From: Octopus vulgaris | Taxonomy: Eukaryota | Assembly (NCBI GenBank): GCA_951406725.2 | Contig: OX597829.1 | Coordinates: 24,056,001-24,120,000, forward strand | Direction of reading: 5' to 3' | DNA: 64,000 nucleotides | Shown: piece by piece, positions 39,640-52,704 of the stretch | Position numbering within the stretch: position 1 is the stretch's first letter | How the letters are laid out: each line of letters opens with the position of its first letter | Notes under the pieces: model-generated | Seen by the model: the letters and a program-made list of their open reading frames with translations, nothing else | Told to the model about the DNA's origin: nothing | Databases searched by the model: none | Program-made: the position numbers and the translations under genes

Positions 39640-40867
39640 CTGTGTGCGTGTATGTGTGCAAATGTCTGTGTACTCACATATGCACACACAACTTTCTTCC
39701 TTCTGTTATATACATATGTATATATGTCATGTATATATATATATTACACAAATACATGTATTTAATATTGTGTGTGTGTGTGAGAGAGAGATGTGTGTAC
39801 ATATACATATGTACATGTGTGTGTATAAGTTATGTATGTATATGTGTATTGCCATCAGTAAGTATAATGATATCATCTAATTTTGTTCTGACAATTTTAG
39901 ATTTTTTTTTTAAATATTTTTTTTATCTTTCAAGACTAATGTTTTTAACTGTATTCTTACATGGCTGTCACAAGATAGCCTATCTTAATATTTACAAAGA
40001 TATATATCAGCATTTGTTGGGTACATGTAGATGAATATCCATGAGGTAATTGGAGTTGGTGTGTAGAACACAAGACAAGTAATTTTTGTTATGGGCGTCA
40101 TTCTCAAATTACAACACGATAATAGCAACAACAACAACAAAATCTTAGAGATTTCCTTTTTTTTTTTTTATTTTAAATATCATGCAGCAGATTGTATTCT
40201 GTCTTTTTATTTTTTTTTTATCTTTTATTTGTCTCAGTTGTTGGACTGAAATCATGCTGGGACACTCCCTTCAAGGGTTTAGTTGAGCAAACTGACCCCA
40301 GTATTTCATTATATTTTTAAGACTGGTACTTGTTGTAATGGTTTTTTTTTTTTTTTTACTGAACTGCTAAGTTATGGGGACAAAAACAAACTAACGCTGG
40401 TTGTCAAGAGGTGGTGGATGACAAACATGTGTACACATGCACACGTACAAATGACTTGCATGCTTCCACACCATTTCCAGTAATCAGTCCGAAGTAGAAG
40501 ACACTTGCCCAAGATGCTATGCAGTGGGACTGAATCCAAAAGCATATGGCTGAAAAGCAAGCTTTATAACCATATGACTAGGCCTGCACATATTGTAATA
40601 AATTAATTCCTTTCCCAAAATTATGGTAATTCATAAAACCAGCATTTAATTATGTTGTTAATTTTGCATTTACTAATAGAAACAACATTGGCCCACTTAA
40701 CAGGATTCCTCGTTGTTGCTATAGAAGTAATTCTCAGAATTTGGTGGGTTCGGGCAAATAGAATAACTGTCCTACCCAGAAACCCAACAAAATATCTGCA
40801 AAGGATATGAAGAATCAGAATGTAGAGATTATTTGTGCAAGGATAATGATTCTAAATTATAATCTAG

Positions 40868-40971
<104 letters not shown>

Positions 40972-41679
40972 AGACTCAAATGAAAACAACTTGAGATAAC
41001 TGCTTCTTTTTTCATATATTAAAAAAAAATACTTTATTGATAACGAAAAAGATAAAAGGCTAAAGTCTCAATCTACATTACTTTTCAAACTGTAACAACA
41101 AAATTGTAACTAGTTTTTGTTGTTGTTACTGTTGTGGTTTTTATTTAGCTCTTCAATCATAAATGTAGACCTCTGATTAAAAGTGTTCTAATTCTGACAA
41201 CCCCCACTCCTTTGTTTTTATCATGGGCGGACATAGTGTTCTCTTGGTTACTATTTTTAGCAAACTAAATGCTGTCATTGAAGCCCCCTTTCATTGTCTG
41301 TTGGTTCTGAAGTTCTAATCTCACTGGTTGTCATTTGGAATTTAAATGATGTCTGTAGCAGCCGCCGTTGTAATATTAGCCATACAACTGCTTTCAGCTG
41401 CTCTGATATTTTGTCTTTTAGTCACTATTTCACCCTTCTTAAGTGTCATTTTTGTGTTTTAAACCCTAAATATTTAAACCCTAAATACAAGATATCTTGT
41501 GACAGCCTAAAATGTAAAACAAGTATAAGCCATTTTGCTGCTATATTTCTGCTTAAATACACTCTCTTTGTTTCAGTAAATTTTGAAAATAACAAAGAAT
41601 TTAGTAAAATAATTCTGTCGTTTATCAAATTAGTGTTTGGAACATAAATTAACATGAAATTTTGATGGGTTTTAATATA

Positions 41680-41893
41680 CTCTTTTAGTCTTTTACTTGT
41701 TTCAGTCATTTGACTGCGGCCATGCTGGAGCACCACCTTTAGTCGAGCAAATCGACCCCAGGACTTATTCTTTGTAAGCCTAGTACTTATTCTATCAGTC
41801 TCTTTTGCCGAACTGCTAAGTTACGGGGGACACAAACACACCAGCATTGGTTGTCAAGCGATGTTGGTGGGGGACAAACACAGACACACAAAC

Positions 41894-41930
<37 letters not shown>

Positions 41931-42095
41931 TACATGGCTTCTTTCAGTTTCCGTCTACCAAATCCACTCACATGGCTTTGGTCGGCCCAAGGCTATAGTA
42001 GAAGACACTTGCCCAAGGTGCCACGCAGTGGAACTGAACCCGGAACCATGTGGTTTGTAAGCAACTACTTACCGCACAGCCACTCCTGTGCCTAT
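41680..42095 (-). mobile_element. SINE family A, full length
   Basis: Reverse complement of the 28871 copy. Confidence 0.92.
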
Positions 42096-42382
42096 GAACA
42101 CTCTTGTTACCATTACTTTTGTTGAAAAACACTGATTTTGTTGTAATTAACTTCGAAAATAATGTAGAATTTATTACAATAATTGTCATTATTAAACTGG
42201 TGTTTATAACATGAATTAAGATGACATTTTGATGGGAGATTTTAATTTAGATTATTTTAAAACAGCAAGTTCGTATCATAGAATCAGGTGCCACCTGAAA
42301 GGGCTAACTCTTTTGGGTGTTGATAGTTTTGGTTTTTGAGAAATTTTTCATGTATAAAGTACTTCAATTCTATAATGAAAAT

Positions 42383-42772
42383 ATAGGTGCATGAGTGGGT
42401 ATGTGGTAAGCACCTTGCTTACCAACCACTGGTTCTGGGTTCAGTCCTACTGAGAAGGCACTTTGGGCAAGTGTCTTCTACTATAGCCTTGGGCCGACCA
42501 AAGCCTTGTGAGTGGATTTGGTAGACGAAAACTGAAAGAAGCCTATCATATATATGTATATATATATGTTTGTGTATCTGTGTTTGTCCCCCACCATTGC
42601 TTGACAACCAATGTTGGTGTGTTTACATCCCATGTAATTTAGTGGTTCGGCAAAAATGACCAGTAGAATAAGTACTAGGCTTACAAAACATAAAGCCTGG
42701 GATCGAGTTGTTCAATTAAAAAGTGGTGTTCCAGCATGGTCACAGTCAAATGACTGAAACAAATAAAAGAAC
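42383..42772 (+). mobile_element. SINE family A, full length
   Basis: Colinear with the 28871 copy and head-to-head with 41680-42095. Confidence 0.9.
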
Positions 42773-43664
42773 ATCATCATCATCATTTAACATCTGTTGT
42801 CCATGCTGGCATGGGTTGGACATTTTCACCAAGGCTGGGGGGGGGCTGCACCAGACTCCAGTCTGATTTGGCATGATTTCTACAACTGGATGCCCTTCCT
42901 AAAACCAACCACTCTAAGAGTGTAATGGTGCTTTTATGTACCACCGGCATGGGTGCTATTTGCATGACACCAGTATCTGCCACACCTGTAGTTTTACTTG
43001 GATTGGTGGGTCTTCTTCTCAAACATGGCATAATGTCAAATAGACTCAGTCATTGCCTCCATGAGACCCAATGCTCAAAGCCTGGCATAATGCCGAATGG
43101 TTTCAGTCCCTGCCCAACACTCGAAAGGTACTTTTGTGTGCCACTGGCACAGGTGCCATTTGCATGACACCGGTATCTGCCACAATTGCAATTTTACTTA
43201 GATTGCTGAGTCTTCTTCTCAAGCACAACATAATGCTAAAGGTTTCAGTCATTGCCACTATATATATATATATATATATATAGGTTTTCTTCACACACAG
43301 ACATTTCTCCAATCCTGTCATTGTCAGTTGAATTGCTTTGAATAATCATCATCATTTCTTGTTTGCTTTCCATGCTGGCATGAATTGGACAGTTTGACTG
43401 GAGCTGGTAAGCCAGAGGACTGTGCCAAGCTCTGATATCTGCTTTAGCATAGTTTCTACAGCAAGTTGCGCTTCCTAACACTGGCCACTTAGAGTGTGTA
43501 CTGGGTGCTATTTACATGGCACCAGCACCAGCAAGCTCACAAGTAACTCATAAGATGAAACTCTTCAACTGAAGGGTGAGTAGTATTGAGAGAGGTGGCT
43601 TTGGGCATGTCACCGTGGTTGCAACTAGAAGAAATCATCACCATTGTCGTCGTCGTGATCATCA

Positions 43665-44225
43665 TTATTATTATTGGGAGAACATTGCATGCCATCTAAG
43701 TGACACTGGGGTAAAATATACAAAGCCTAGTATACCCATCATGACTGCCCATCTGATAAGGATACATCAGGCACATGTATCATAACCATATGTGCACAAC
43801 ATAGTGATCTCATATCAAGATAAACAGCGACCTCACAGGTGGGGCCCAGTTAGAATTTTCTTCAGGTCAAGTAGCCCATCCCGCTAAAAAGGTCCCTGAA
43901 TAAGGGTTGTTTAAAGATTTCGAACGAAACACCCATGTTTCCAGAGGTGAATTTTTCAAACCCCAAAGAATCCCTCTCAACACATGGCTATGATGCTCCC
44001 CCACTACTTCTGCTCGTGATCAGAGATGCACATATCGTCAGCCACTAAGGGACATGCTCAACTGGTTAAGGTCAAACAACTGACAAGCAAATCTGTGGTA
44101 TTGAGCAGAATATTTGCTGTAGCCCATCTTTTATACCACGACAAAACAATGTACATGATAACACTTCCAGTCAGTTAAGATCAGAAGCCACAAGAGCCAC
44201 TGCCTAGTACTGCATCAGGGCATTA
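43665..44225 (-). mobile_element. Family G repeat, second copy
   Basis: Matches 16875-17430 in inverted orientation. Confidence 0.8.
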
Positions 44226-44447
44226 TTATTATTAAGTTAGTGAACTGGCAAAATCGTTAGCATGCCAAGTAAAAGGCTTAGCAGCATTTTTACCATCTTT
44301 ATGCTCTAAGTTCAAATCCCACCAAGATCAATTTTGCTTTTCTTCTTTTTGGGATTGAAAAATTAAGTACCAGTGAAACACTGGGGTCGATGTAATCGAC
44401 TAGTCCCCTCCCCCAAAGTTTCAGGCCTTGTACTTTTAGTAGAAAGG

Positions 44448-44478
<31 letters not shown>

Positions 44479-45281
44479 GACTTAAGGATGGTGGATTTCT
44501 CAATATCTCTACCATTTGTGGACATATGCTTATAAAATAACAAAAAAAAAAAAGGAAAAATACAGCCCAGTATCCATGACTTTCACCAAAATTTTTTCAC
44601 ACTCGGAATATTCATAGCATATATTTGTAAACTACCTGTCAGTTGTGAGCTGTTAGGTTATAACATCCTTGAAAAATTCCATGCTTCCTGAAATTCATCA
44701 ACACTAATCTAATCCTATCTATGCATCCTTTCCTCTTTTTTAGCGTCTATCTCTCTCTCTCTCTCTCTCTCTCTCAGATAAGGCCAATTTAAATACTAAA
44801 GGATCAAACCTAGAATAGTTACTTACTGAACTATGCCAGTGTCTTTTAGTAGAAGGGCAGATAACATTAATTTGTAGAACGCATGTTTCTTTATACTCTC
44901 AGTTGAAATGGTAGCAATAGGGATTAGAATTTCATGAAAAATAACTTGAGAAATGTTAGCTGTCATGTTACTATTACAACCTACGCAGGGGTCAGCGTAA
45001 AATTGTCATTATCATCATCATCATCACAAACATCATTACTGCTGTCCCCTCCACCGTCACCACCACCTCCATCATCATCACCACCTCCACCATCATCACC
45101 ACCACCACCTCCTTCGCTGTCACCTCTACCATTACCACCTCCACCAATATCAATGTCACCACCAACATTAGCAGTACCAATACTATCATCTTCCATGTTT
45201 GTTTTCCCCATGACGCCATCTCAGTTCTGACAAAACACTATTTCTTCTTCATTTCAGTTGTTCACTCACATCTTATATATT

Positions 45282-45511
45282 TATTTCTTTACTACCCACA
45301 AGGGGCTAAACACAGAGGGGACAAACAAGGACAGACAAAGGGATTAAGTCGATTACATCGACCCCAGTGCGTAACTGGTACTTAATTTATCGACCCCGAA
45401 AGGATGAAAGGCAAAGTCGACCTCGGCGGAATTTGAACCCGGAACGTAACGACAAACGAAATACGGCTACGCATTTCGCCCGGCGTGCTAACGCTTCTGC
45501 CAGTTCGCCGC
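45282..45511 (-). mobile_element. SINE family B (tRNA-derived), young full-length copy with TSD
   Basis: Minus strand GGCGGCGAACTGGCAGAAGCGTTAGC...GGGTTCAAATTCCGCCGAGGTCGACTTTGCCTTTCATCC. CpGs retained. TSD CTTATATATT at 45272-45281 and 45512-45521. Confidence 0.92.
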
Positions 45512-45746
45512 CTTATATATTGCTTCGTGATAATCATCACATCGCAACAATTCACTGTTCTGAGAGCCATATATAATTCTCAAATATTTGCTAAGACACG
45601 TCTTAACAGCCCCATGTGGCTCTTGAGCACATCATCATCATTTTAACATCTATATTTTCGTGCTTACATGGATCAGATGGAATTTGTTGAGGCAGATTTT
45701 TTACAGCCTGATGCCCTTCCTGTCACCAACCCATACCTGTTTCCCA

Positions 45747-45947
45747 GGATACTAGAACAAAATTCCCGCTGGACAAACCCCCCACTCCCCCACCCTCTTC
45801 CAGACTAGATACCCCTGGGATATTGTTCTTTCTTTACAATAAAAATATTTTAGGAAAGTGGAATTTTATTTTAAAAAATTTTTAATATTTATTAGTTGAT
45901 ATTTTCATGTAAAATTTGTCCTCTGGGCAGGATTTTGTCCTGATACC
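45747..45947. mobile_element. TIR MITE of uncertain superfamily nested in an RTE-tailed SINE (family H, 45630-46090)
   Basis: Imperfect TIRs GGATACTAGAACAAAATTCCCGCTGGACAAA / TTTGTCCTCTGGGCAGGATTTTGTCCTGATACC. The host resumes after it. Family H copies at ~6290-6520, 12080-12340, 48550-48740 and 52700-52970. Confidence 0.5.
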
Positions 45948-47130
45948 ATTTCCAGGTATGGTAATATTTCCCCACAGTTAGACATCTTTTTCACAAAAGA
46001 CTGCAAACAAACAACATTGGTTGTATAAAGGTGATGCTTGTTTACAAACATCACATGATGCCAAGACAAGGGGACACACACAAACACACATATAATCATT
46101 ATCATCATCATTTAACATCCACTTTCCATGGGTTAGACAGTTTGACTGGAACTGGTAAGCTGTAGAGCTGTACCAGGTTCCATTTGTCTGATTTGGCTTA
46201 GTTTCTATGGCTATATGCTCTTCCTAATGCCAATCACTCCAAGAATGTAGTAGATGTCTTTTACATGTCACCAGCACTGGCAGCAACTATGATTTCACTT
46301 GGGTTTGACATGTCTTCTCAAGTACAGCAAACTGACAAAGGTCATTTGCCTCTGTGAAACCCAACATCCAAAGATCATGCTTCACCACTTCGTCCCATGT
46401 TTTCCTGAGTCTGCATCTTCCACAGCTTCCCTCTAGAGATCAACATTTCTTCACACAGCTGTCTTCATTCCATATGCATTACATGACCATACCAGCAAAG
46501 TTTTCTCTCATGCACACTGACATTGCACAGCCGCATATGTCTGTGTGTGTGTGTAAAATATATATATCTTAGTCATCTATAAATCCATTATTCAGGATAA
46601 AGACACACTCATATATCTGTCAATAGAGTGGGTATATTATCCAAAGTGTACAGTATTATATATCCATCACAGCTGATCTTACCAATTGGTTTCATGCTTC
46701 ACCACCTTATCCAATGTTTTCCTGGGTCCACCTCTTCTGCAGATTCCCTGCACAGTTAGAAACCAGCACAGTTTTGTGTGCACCACATCTGATGCCTCTT
46801 ATGCCCAATTTTTTATTCCCAAGATGCTTACACTCTGTCGTACATGCACACTGACATTGCACATCCACTTGTATGTGTGTGTAATATATATTTATATATA
46901 CATATGACAGGGTTCTTCCAGTTTCCATCTAACAAATTCCTTTCACAAGGCTTTGGTTGGTCTGGGGCTATAGTAGAAGACACCTGACCAAAGCGCCATG
47001 CTATGAGACTGAAACAGAATAGCATGATTGTGTCACACCTAAAGGTACACTTGTCTAATTAAAATTCCTCACACATCTTCAGAGCCATATGAGTTTTCTT
47101 GGGTTTTCATCATGAACCTGTTTCCTTTAA

Positions 47131-47350
47131 CCCCTTAGCATTCAGATTACTCTGTCAAATGTAATGCTTATTTATCCACATTGTTTTGCATTAATCATGC
47201 ATTATCTTGTAGCTTTGAGATTTTGATGAAGTGATTGTATATTTCTAGAATGCCATTGTAGGGTAGGTGTGTGAGGCTGGATCTGGCCAGTTTTAACATG
47301 AAACATGTGGAATATTTGGGCTGGATGTGACTGGTTTGAATGCTAAAGGG
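47131..47350. mobile_element. piggyBac-type MITE, second family
   Basis: TTAA|CCCCTTAGCATTC ... GAATGCTAAAGGG|TTAA. Further copies at ~35040-35266, 37940-38137, 38977-39206 and 47536-47770. Confidence 0.85.
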
Positions 47351-48079
47351 TTAAAATCAATGAAAGACGATGAGGTGGCTCTGAGCTGAGCAACACATCA
47401 AGGCTTTCACCCCCAAAATATGAATGGCCATTCTGACAGATTCTCACAGTTTCTGTCTGCAAATGCCACTTACAAGGGATTGGCTAATCTGAGATTATAG
47501 TAGAGACATTTGCTCAAGGTACCTTACAGTAGGATCAACCCTTTAGCAGTCAGATTACTTAGTCAAATGTAATGCTTATTTATTTACATTGTTTTCAAGT
47601 AATCCTGTTTTATCTTGTAGCTTTGAGATTTCAATGATATGATTGTTTAGTTTTAGAATGACATTATAGGGTTTGATGTGAGAGATTTGATCTGGCTAAT
47701 TTGAACAAAAAAAAAAGAACAGTTGAATATTTGGGCTGGATATGTCTGGTTTAAATTCTAAAGTGTTGAAGACAATGGAAATATTAAGAGGAAACCTTTG
47801 CATTTAATGGTTTTAATTATTTTTAAAAATGGTGCGGGAGTAAATCCTTTTAATTATTTTTTAAAAATTGGGGTGAGAGAGTAAGTCCAGCCAATTCTCC
47901 TTGGGCAGAGAAAAGGATGACTATTTATATGTACGTCCACTGTTATATACATTTATGTTTGTATATACCTTTAATCAAATATTTTCACCACTTTACCCCT
48001 ACAGTCAAGTGACTAATACACACCCCACTCTCTGCTGGTTGATGTTTAGTCCTGGGTCAGCACTTACAGAGCAGGCCTA

Positions 48080-48347
48080 CATTATCCAATCCTTCCATTT
48101 TTAAGATGGTTGAGTGTATTTGGCGGGAAAATTTGGTTGCTACCTCTTGCAATATGAATAACCAGAACCTATCTACTTCCCTAAGTATAGTGTCATAAGA
48201 TACAGTTTTCTGTGTCCAAGCCGACATTATCCATTCCTTCCATTTTAAAGATAGTTAAGTGTATTTTGGGGAAAAATTTGGTTGCTACCTCTTGCAGTTT
48301 AAAGAATCAGAGCCTGTCTGCTTCCCTGAGTACAGTGTCATAAGATA
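48080..48347. repeat. Local direct duplication (~123 bp, 145-bp period)
   Basis: CATTATCCAATCCTTCCATTTT...AGTGTCATAAGATA occurs at 48080 and 48225. Confidence 0.85.
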
Positions 48348-48473
48348 TTTTCTTATCTCAAAATAATAATACAACAAACTAAACAGAGCAGTGCATATGT
48401 ACTTGTTTTAAATATGAAGCTAGCATGTTGTAAATTGCTTTAGTTTCCAAACACTTGTTATTATATATATATT

Positions 48474-48530
<57 letters not shown>

Positions 48531-48780
48531 CACCATCATTATCGTAATCATCATCATTTTAACAGCCACTGTTCCATGAATAAGACGGAATTTGTTGAGG
48601 CAATTTTTCTGTCACCAACCTGCACTTGATTTTAAGCAAGACTTTTTTTCTCTCCACAGCTAGACATGCTTTATACAGAAGATTAGTAATGAATACCTTT
48701 TTTTTTTGTGATGGTGACGCTTATTTTACAACCAGACAAGTGTGTGTGTATGTATGTGTGTATACATGTGTGTGTATATG

Positions 48781-48813
<33 letters not shown>

Positions 48814-48831
48814 GTGTGTGTATATGTATGT

Positions 48832-48878
<47 letters not shown>

Positions 48879-49722
48879 TTGTGTTTAATATATATATATA
48901 CACACACACACATATGGCAGACTTCTTTAATTTTTTTTGTCTACCAAATCTACTCGCAAGGCTTTAGTCGGTCCAGAGCTTTAGTAGAAGACACTTGCCC
49001 AAGGTGTCATGCAGTTGTTGGGAAGTGATTTTTCGACTGCTCTGCCATGCCTGCCCCTGTGTGTATGTGTGTGTGTGTGTGTAATTGTATTCTAATGTCA
49101 GATTAACCATTGATCACATTAAAGCTGTAAGGTTGACTGACTCTTTAAGATCATCTGATAATGTTTATTAATCCACCTTCAATCTATGAATGTTGAGAAA
49201 TTAGTTATTATATCAGCAAGTTATATCAATATTATTACTTCATGATGCAAAGAAACAATAAAACTGATAATTGTGCAATCAGTGATTTAGTATTTCAATC
49301 AAGTTGTTGTTCTTTTTTTTTTATCAAGTTCTTTATCATTTATTATTATTATTATTATTATTTAACCATATGTGTGCTTAAATGTTTGTATTTGCAAAAA
49401 TGAACATTAAACATTACCAAATTACATATTTTATGAACAATACGTTTCGTAAATCTGATATTTTTCATGACTGTATTTATTTCATCAGAAATGTGTTTTT
49501 CTTTATTCACTTTTTAATCGTTAAATATTTTCATTTTTGTGGTTGTAGATTGTAATTGAAAATCTCAATATGCATGAGTGTGTGTCTGAGGAGGGAGATT
49601 TCCCATGTGATTTTTAAAGTTTGTGATAAATTTGAAACTGCCAGTATGTGGTGAGGAAATTTCTTTTTTCTTTGCTTTTTTTCCATATTTATCACTAATT
49701 GTCTTTGATATTTTTATTTCAG

Positions 49723-49943
49723 ATCAAGTGGACCAAAACAAAGTTAGCAAGACCACAAGGAATAAGGTTCCTAGCCTGAAAACGAGCCAGGGTGACAATA
49801 AAGATGTCAAAAAAGAAATTACTCGACTTGAGGGTCTTTGTGAATCTCGCACCAAGGATCTTCACATCACCAAGCTACAGCTGAAAGAAACTTTAAAGGG
49901 TTTTGATGCTATGTCGGTGTTGGTTAACTATCTAGCATTTGAG
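49723..49943 (+). CDS. Internal coding exon of coiled-coil protein, MTUS1/MTUS2/CCDC69-like (microtubule-associated tumour suppressor family)
   Basis: Acceptor tttttatttcag|AT and donor GAG|GTAAGA (phase 1 to 0). Encodes (D)QVDQNKVSKTTRNKVPSLKTSQGDNKDVKKEITRLEGLCESRTKDLHITKLQLKETLKGFDAMSVLVNYLAFE. The RLEGLCESRTK and GFDAMSVLVNYL segments resemble the start of the MTUS C-terminal coiled coil (family call from memory). Confidence 0.88.
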
Positions 49944-50129
49944 GTAAGATATTTTCTGCTATTATGGTAATGTTATTCAATTATTTTGTTCCCAACAGAT
50001 GGCATTGCTGGTACAGGATGTGGTGTGTGAGACGCTGAAATTATTAGCAGCAAGCTATATTGTTTCGGTGCAGCTTGTTGCTACAGTAAAAATTAGGTTT
50101 ATGAATTTAGTACATATATGCTAGCATGG

Positions 50130-50383
50130 GTGGAGGCGCAATGTGTGTTTATTGAGCAAAAACACCAAAAGCTCCACAAGGCCCCAGCAAGGGATGGTGG
50201 CGACCCCTCTTGTACTCTTTCACCCCAACTTTCTCTCACTCTTTCTTCCTGTTTCTTGAGTAACACTGCAATTGACTGGCGTCCCATCCAGCTGGGGGGG
50301 AGGGGGGACACATACGCTACAGAAACCACGAAACCGGGCCCATGAGCCTGGCTAGGCTTGAAAAGGGCGCATAAATAAATAAA
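50130..50383 (+). mobile_element. SINE family F copy lacking the internal Pol III promoter, 12-bp TSD
   Basis: TSD ATGCTAGCATGG at 50118-50129 and 50384-50395, (TAAA)n tail. The A-box to B-box interval seen in the 28330 copy is missing. Confidence 0.8.
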
Positions 50384-50436
50384 ATGCTAGCATGGAAGGT
50401 GGACGTTTAATAATGATATATATATATATATATATA

Positions 50437-50645
50437 ACAAAAAAGATCCTGGCTTTAAGTGTATCACGAAATGCCAGATTGGAAGTGCAACCTTCTGAGT
50501 TCTCTTACAGAGTTCAGAAAAGTTAAAGGACTGCTTCAATAAGTGTGTGAATCTGAGAGGGGAGTGTGTTGAATAAAAACATAATTAACTAATTCTCTTG
50601 TATTTTCTTTTATCCAGAGCAAAGAACTTTTCAGCACCCCCTTGT
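50437..50645 (+). mobile_element. Mariner-derived MITE fragment
   Basis: Encodes KCVNLRGECVE* (mariner C-terminus) and ends GAACTTTTCAGCACCCC, TIR-like. Another mariner TIR fragment at ~27493-27600. Confidence 0.6.
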
Positions 50646-51089
50646 GTGTGTGTGTGTGTATATAATCATCATCATCATCATCATCATGTGGCTCCTTTCA
50701 GTTTTATCTACTAAATTCTCTCACTTCAAGCGCCATGTAATGGGGGACCAAAGCTGAAGCTTCACAGTTGAGAAGCAAATTTTTTAACCACATTGCCATG
50801 CCTGCCTCTGTAATAAGTGAGCATAGTTAGCAAGATAAAGAGACCCAAATGTAGACAACATACATCTCAACTCCACCATTACTACCATCATCATGTTCAC
50901 ATGCATTTTGTTACACTTAATGTAACCTTGTTAGGTCTTTTCCAATGCAAAATTTTGCTGCTTGTCATGGCCCTTTGTCATCTCGTCTATAAGGTTCAAA
51001 TTCTCCAGATCAATCTTCACTTCCTTACATTTTCCTCTTTCACATAATCCTTCCACTTGAATCACACAACAATTCTTATTTATTTCATT

Positions 51090-51310
51090 TTTATTTATTG
51101 CCCACAAGGGGCTAAACATAGAGGGAACAAACAAAGACATTAAGTCGATTACATCGACCCTAGTGCATAACCTGTACTTAGTTTATCAACCCCGAAAGGA
51201 TGAAAGGCAAAGTCGACCTCGGCAGAATTTGAACTCAGAACATAACGGCAGACGAAATACCACTAAGCATTTCACCCAGCATGCTAACGTTTCTGCCAGC
51301 TCGCTGCCAC
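51090..51310 (-). mobile_element. SINE family B copy with the same tail variant as 45282-45511
   Basis: cccacaaggggctaaacatagagggaacaaacaa...aagtcgattacatcgaccc...ctgccagctcgctgcc. Confidence 0.88.
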
Positions 51311-51339
51311 ACAACAATTCTTTATACAACTGACACCTT

Positions 51340-51830
51340 CCATGATCACCATATCTACATATTAATGCAATTTTCTATCTTACAGACTAGATATGATTCC
51401 TCTTATACTGAGTTTTTTTCTCAGCTCATATGTTTCTTTATTCATGTCCTCATCCAGTGGAACAAACTTGTCTCGTTTCTTTCCTAACTGCATAAGTCAT
51501 TCACATTCAAGGCTCACATCGTGCTATTATGCAGCATCATAAGTTATACATGAACATAGTACAATGCTCTTTTTACTCTCAGAGGAAATAATTCTTTGGT
51601 GAAACAGACATAATACCTCCCTCAACTTTTTTCCAACCCTTTCATTGTCGGGCTGTTCTGCTCTCAGAACACCCATACACACTGCTAATTAGATCCCCCA
51701 GGTAACAAAAGCTATCAACTACTTTGAAGAAACCTCAGAGGTATTTGAAAGAAACTTTTAGATATGAACTTCTACTGTTATCTGTACTTTAAACATCTGC
51801 CACATACAAAGTATCAACCATCTGTATGGT
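51340..51830 (-). mobile_element. RTE-clade LINE RT relic
   Basis: Minus strand encodes VVDSFCYLGDLIS around 51690-51725, the RT FxYLG motif. Degenerate elsewhere. Confidence 0.7.
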
Positions 51831-52041
51831 GTTGAGCACTTTTATTGAAAATACCATGTTATTATTAAATGTACTCTTTGAGATGTGTATGTGATATTAC
51901 TAATAACATATATTCTCGAAACAGACTGTAAAGTAAAAACATGCATATTTCCTTTACATCCTACATTAAAAGTTGACCCTTTCTGCTTATTCTGTGTATT
52001 TAAACTTAATGCCACAGACCCAAATAGTTCATCACTTAAAT

Positions 52042-52623
52042 CAATGTTTCTCAACCATTTTTTGCCTGTGGACCCCTTTGATTCCTGTTTTACTTTGATG
52101 GACCTCATGGCCATTTGATGTTTAAAAAATCCTATTATAATTTGATAATTAAATACTATTAGAAAATGTACTCAGTGGTTAGAGCGTCAGACTCACAATC
52201 ATGAGGTAGTGAGTTTGATTCCTGGACTGGGCTATGTTGTGTTCTTGAGCAAGACACTTTATTTCACATTGCTCCAATTCATTCAAATGTAGAAATGAGT
52301 TGTGGTGTCACAGGTGCCAAGCTGTATTGGCCTTTGCTTTTCCTTGGATAATATCATTGACATAGAGAGAAAAGGCTGGTATGTATGTGCGACTGCTGGT
52401 CTTCCATAAACAATGTTGCCTGGACTCATGCCTTGGAGGGGAACTTTCTAGGTGCAATCCCATGGTCACTCATAACCGAAGGGGGTCTTTACCCTATTAT
52501 TAGAAATTATATAATAAATATTGTTAAAATATTTTGTGTACTGTAGAAGTATAACCATTTATTGTACATAACAACAAAATATGAACCCCTAAAGGTCCTG
52601 TGAAACCTGGTTGAGAACTGCTG
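52042..52623. mobile_element. hAT-type MITE interrupted by a family D SINE (52166-52494)
   Basis: TIRs CAATGTTTCTCAACC / GGTTGAGAACTGCTG and 8-bp TSD ACTTAAAT/ACTTAGAT. The nested SINE is flanked by TATTAGAAA (52157-52165, 52498-52506). Confidence 0.8.
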
Positions 52624-52672
52624 ACTTAGATGAACACTTTTGTTGAAAATACTTTGCTATTCTCTGAGGTGC

Positions 52673-52704
<32 letters not shown>

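Noticed and set aside
41459-41486. TAAACCCTAAA twice, resembling a plant-type telomere repeat
   Set aside because: Only two separated units within a 15-bp local duplication.
44934-45230. Pro/Ser-rich and Gly/Asp-rich ORFs; also poly-His/Val ORFs at 23495-23818
   Set aside because: Degenerate trinucleotide repeats that are open in several frames on both strands.
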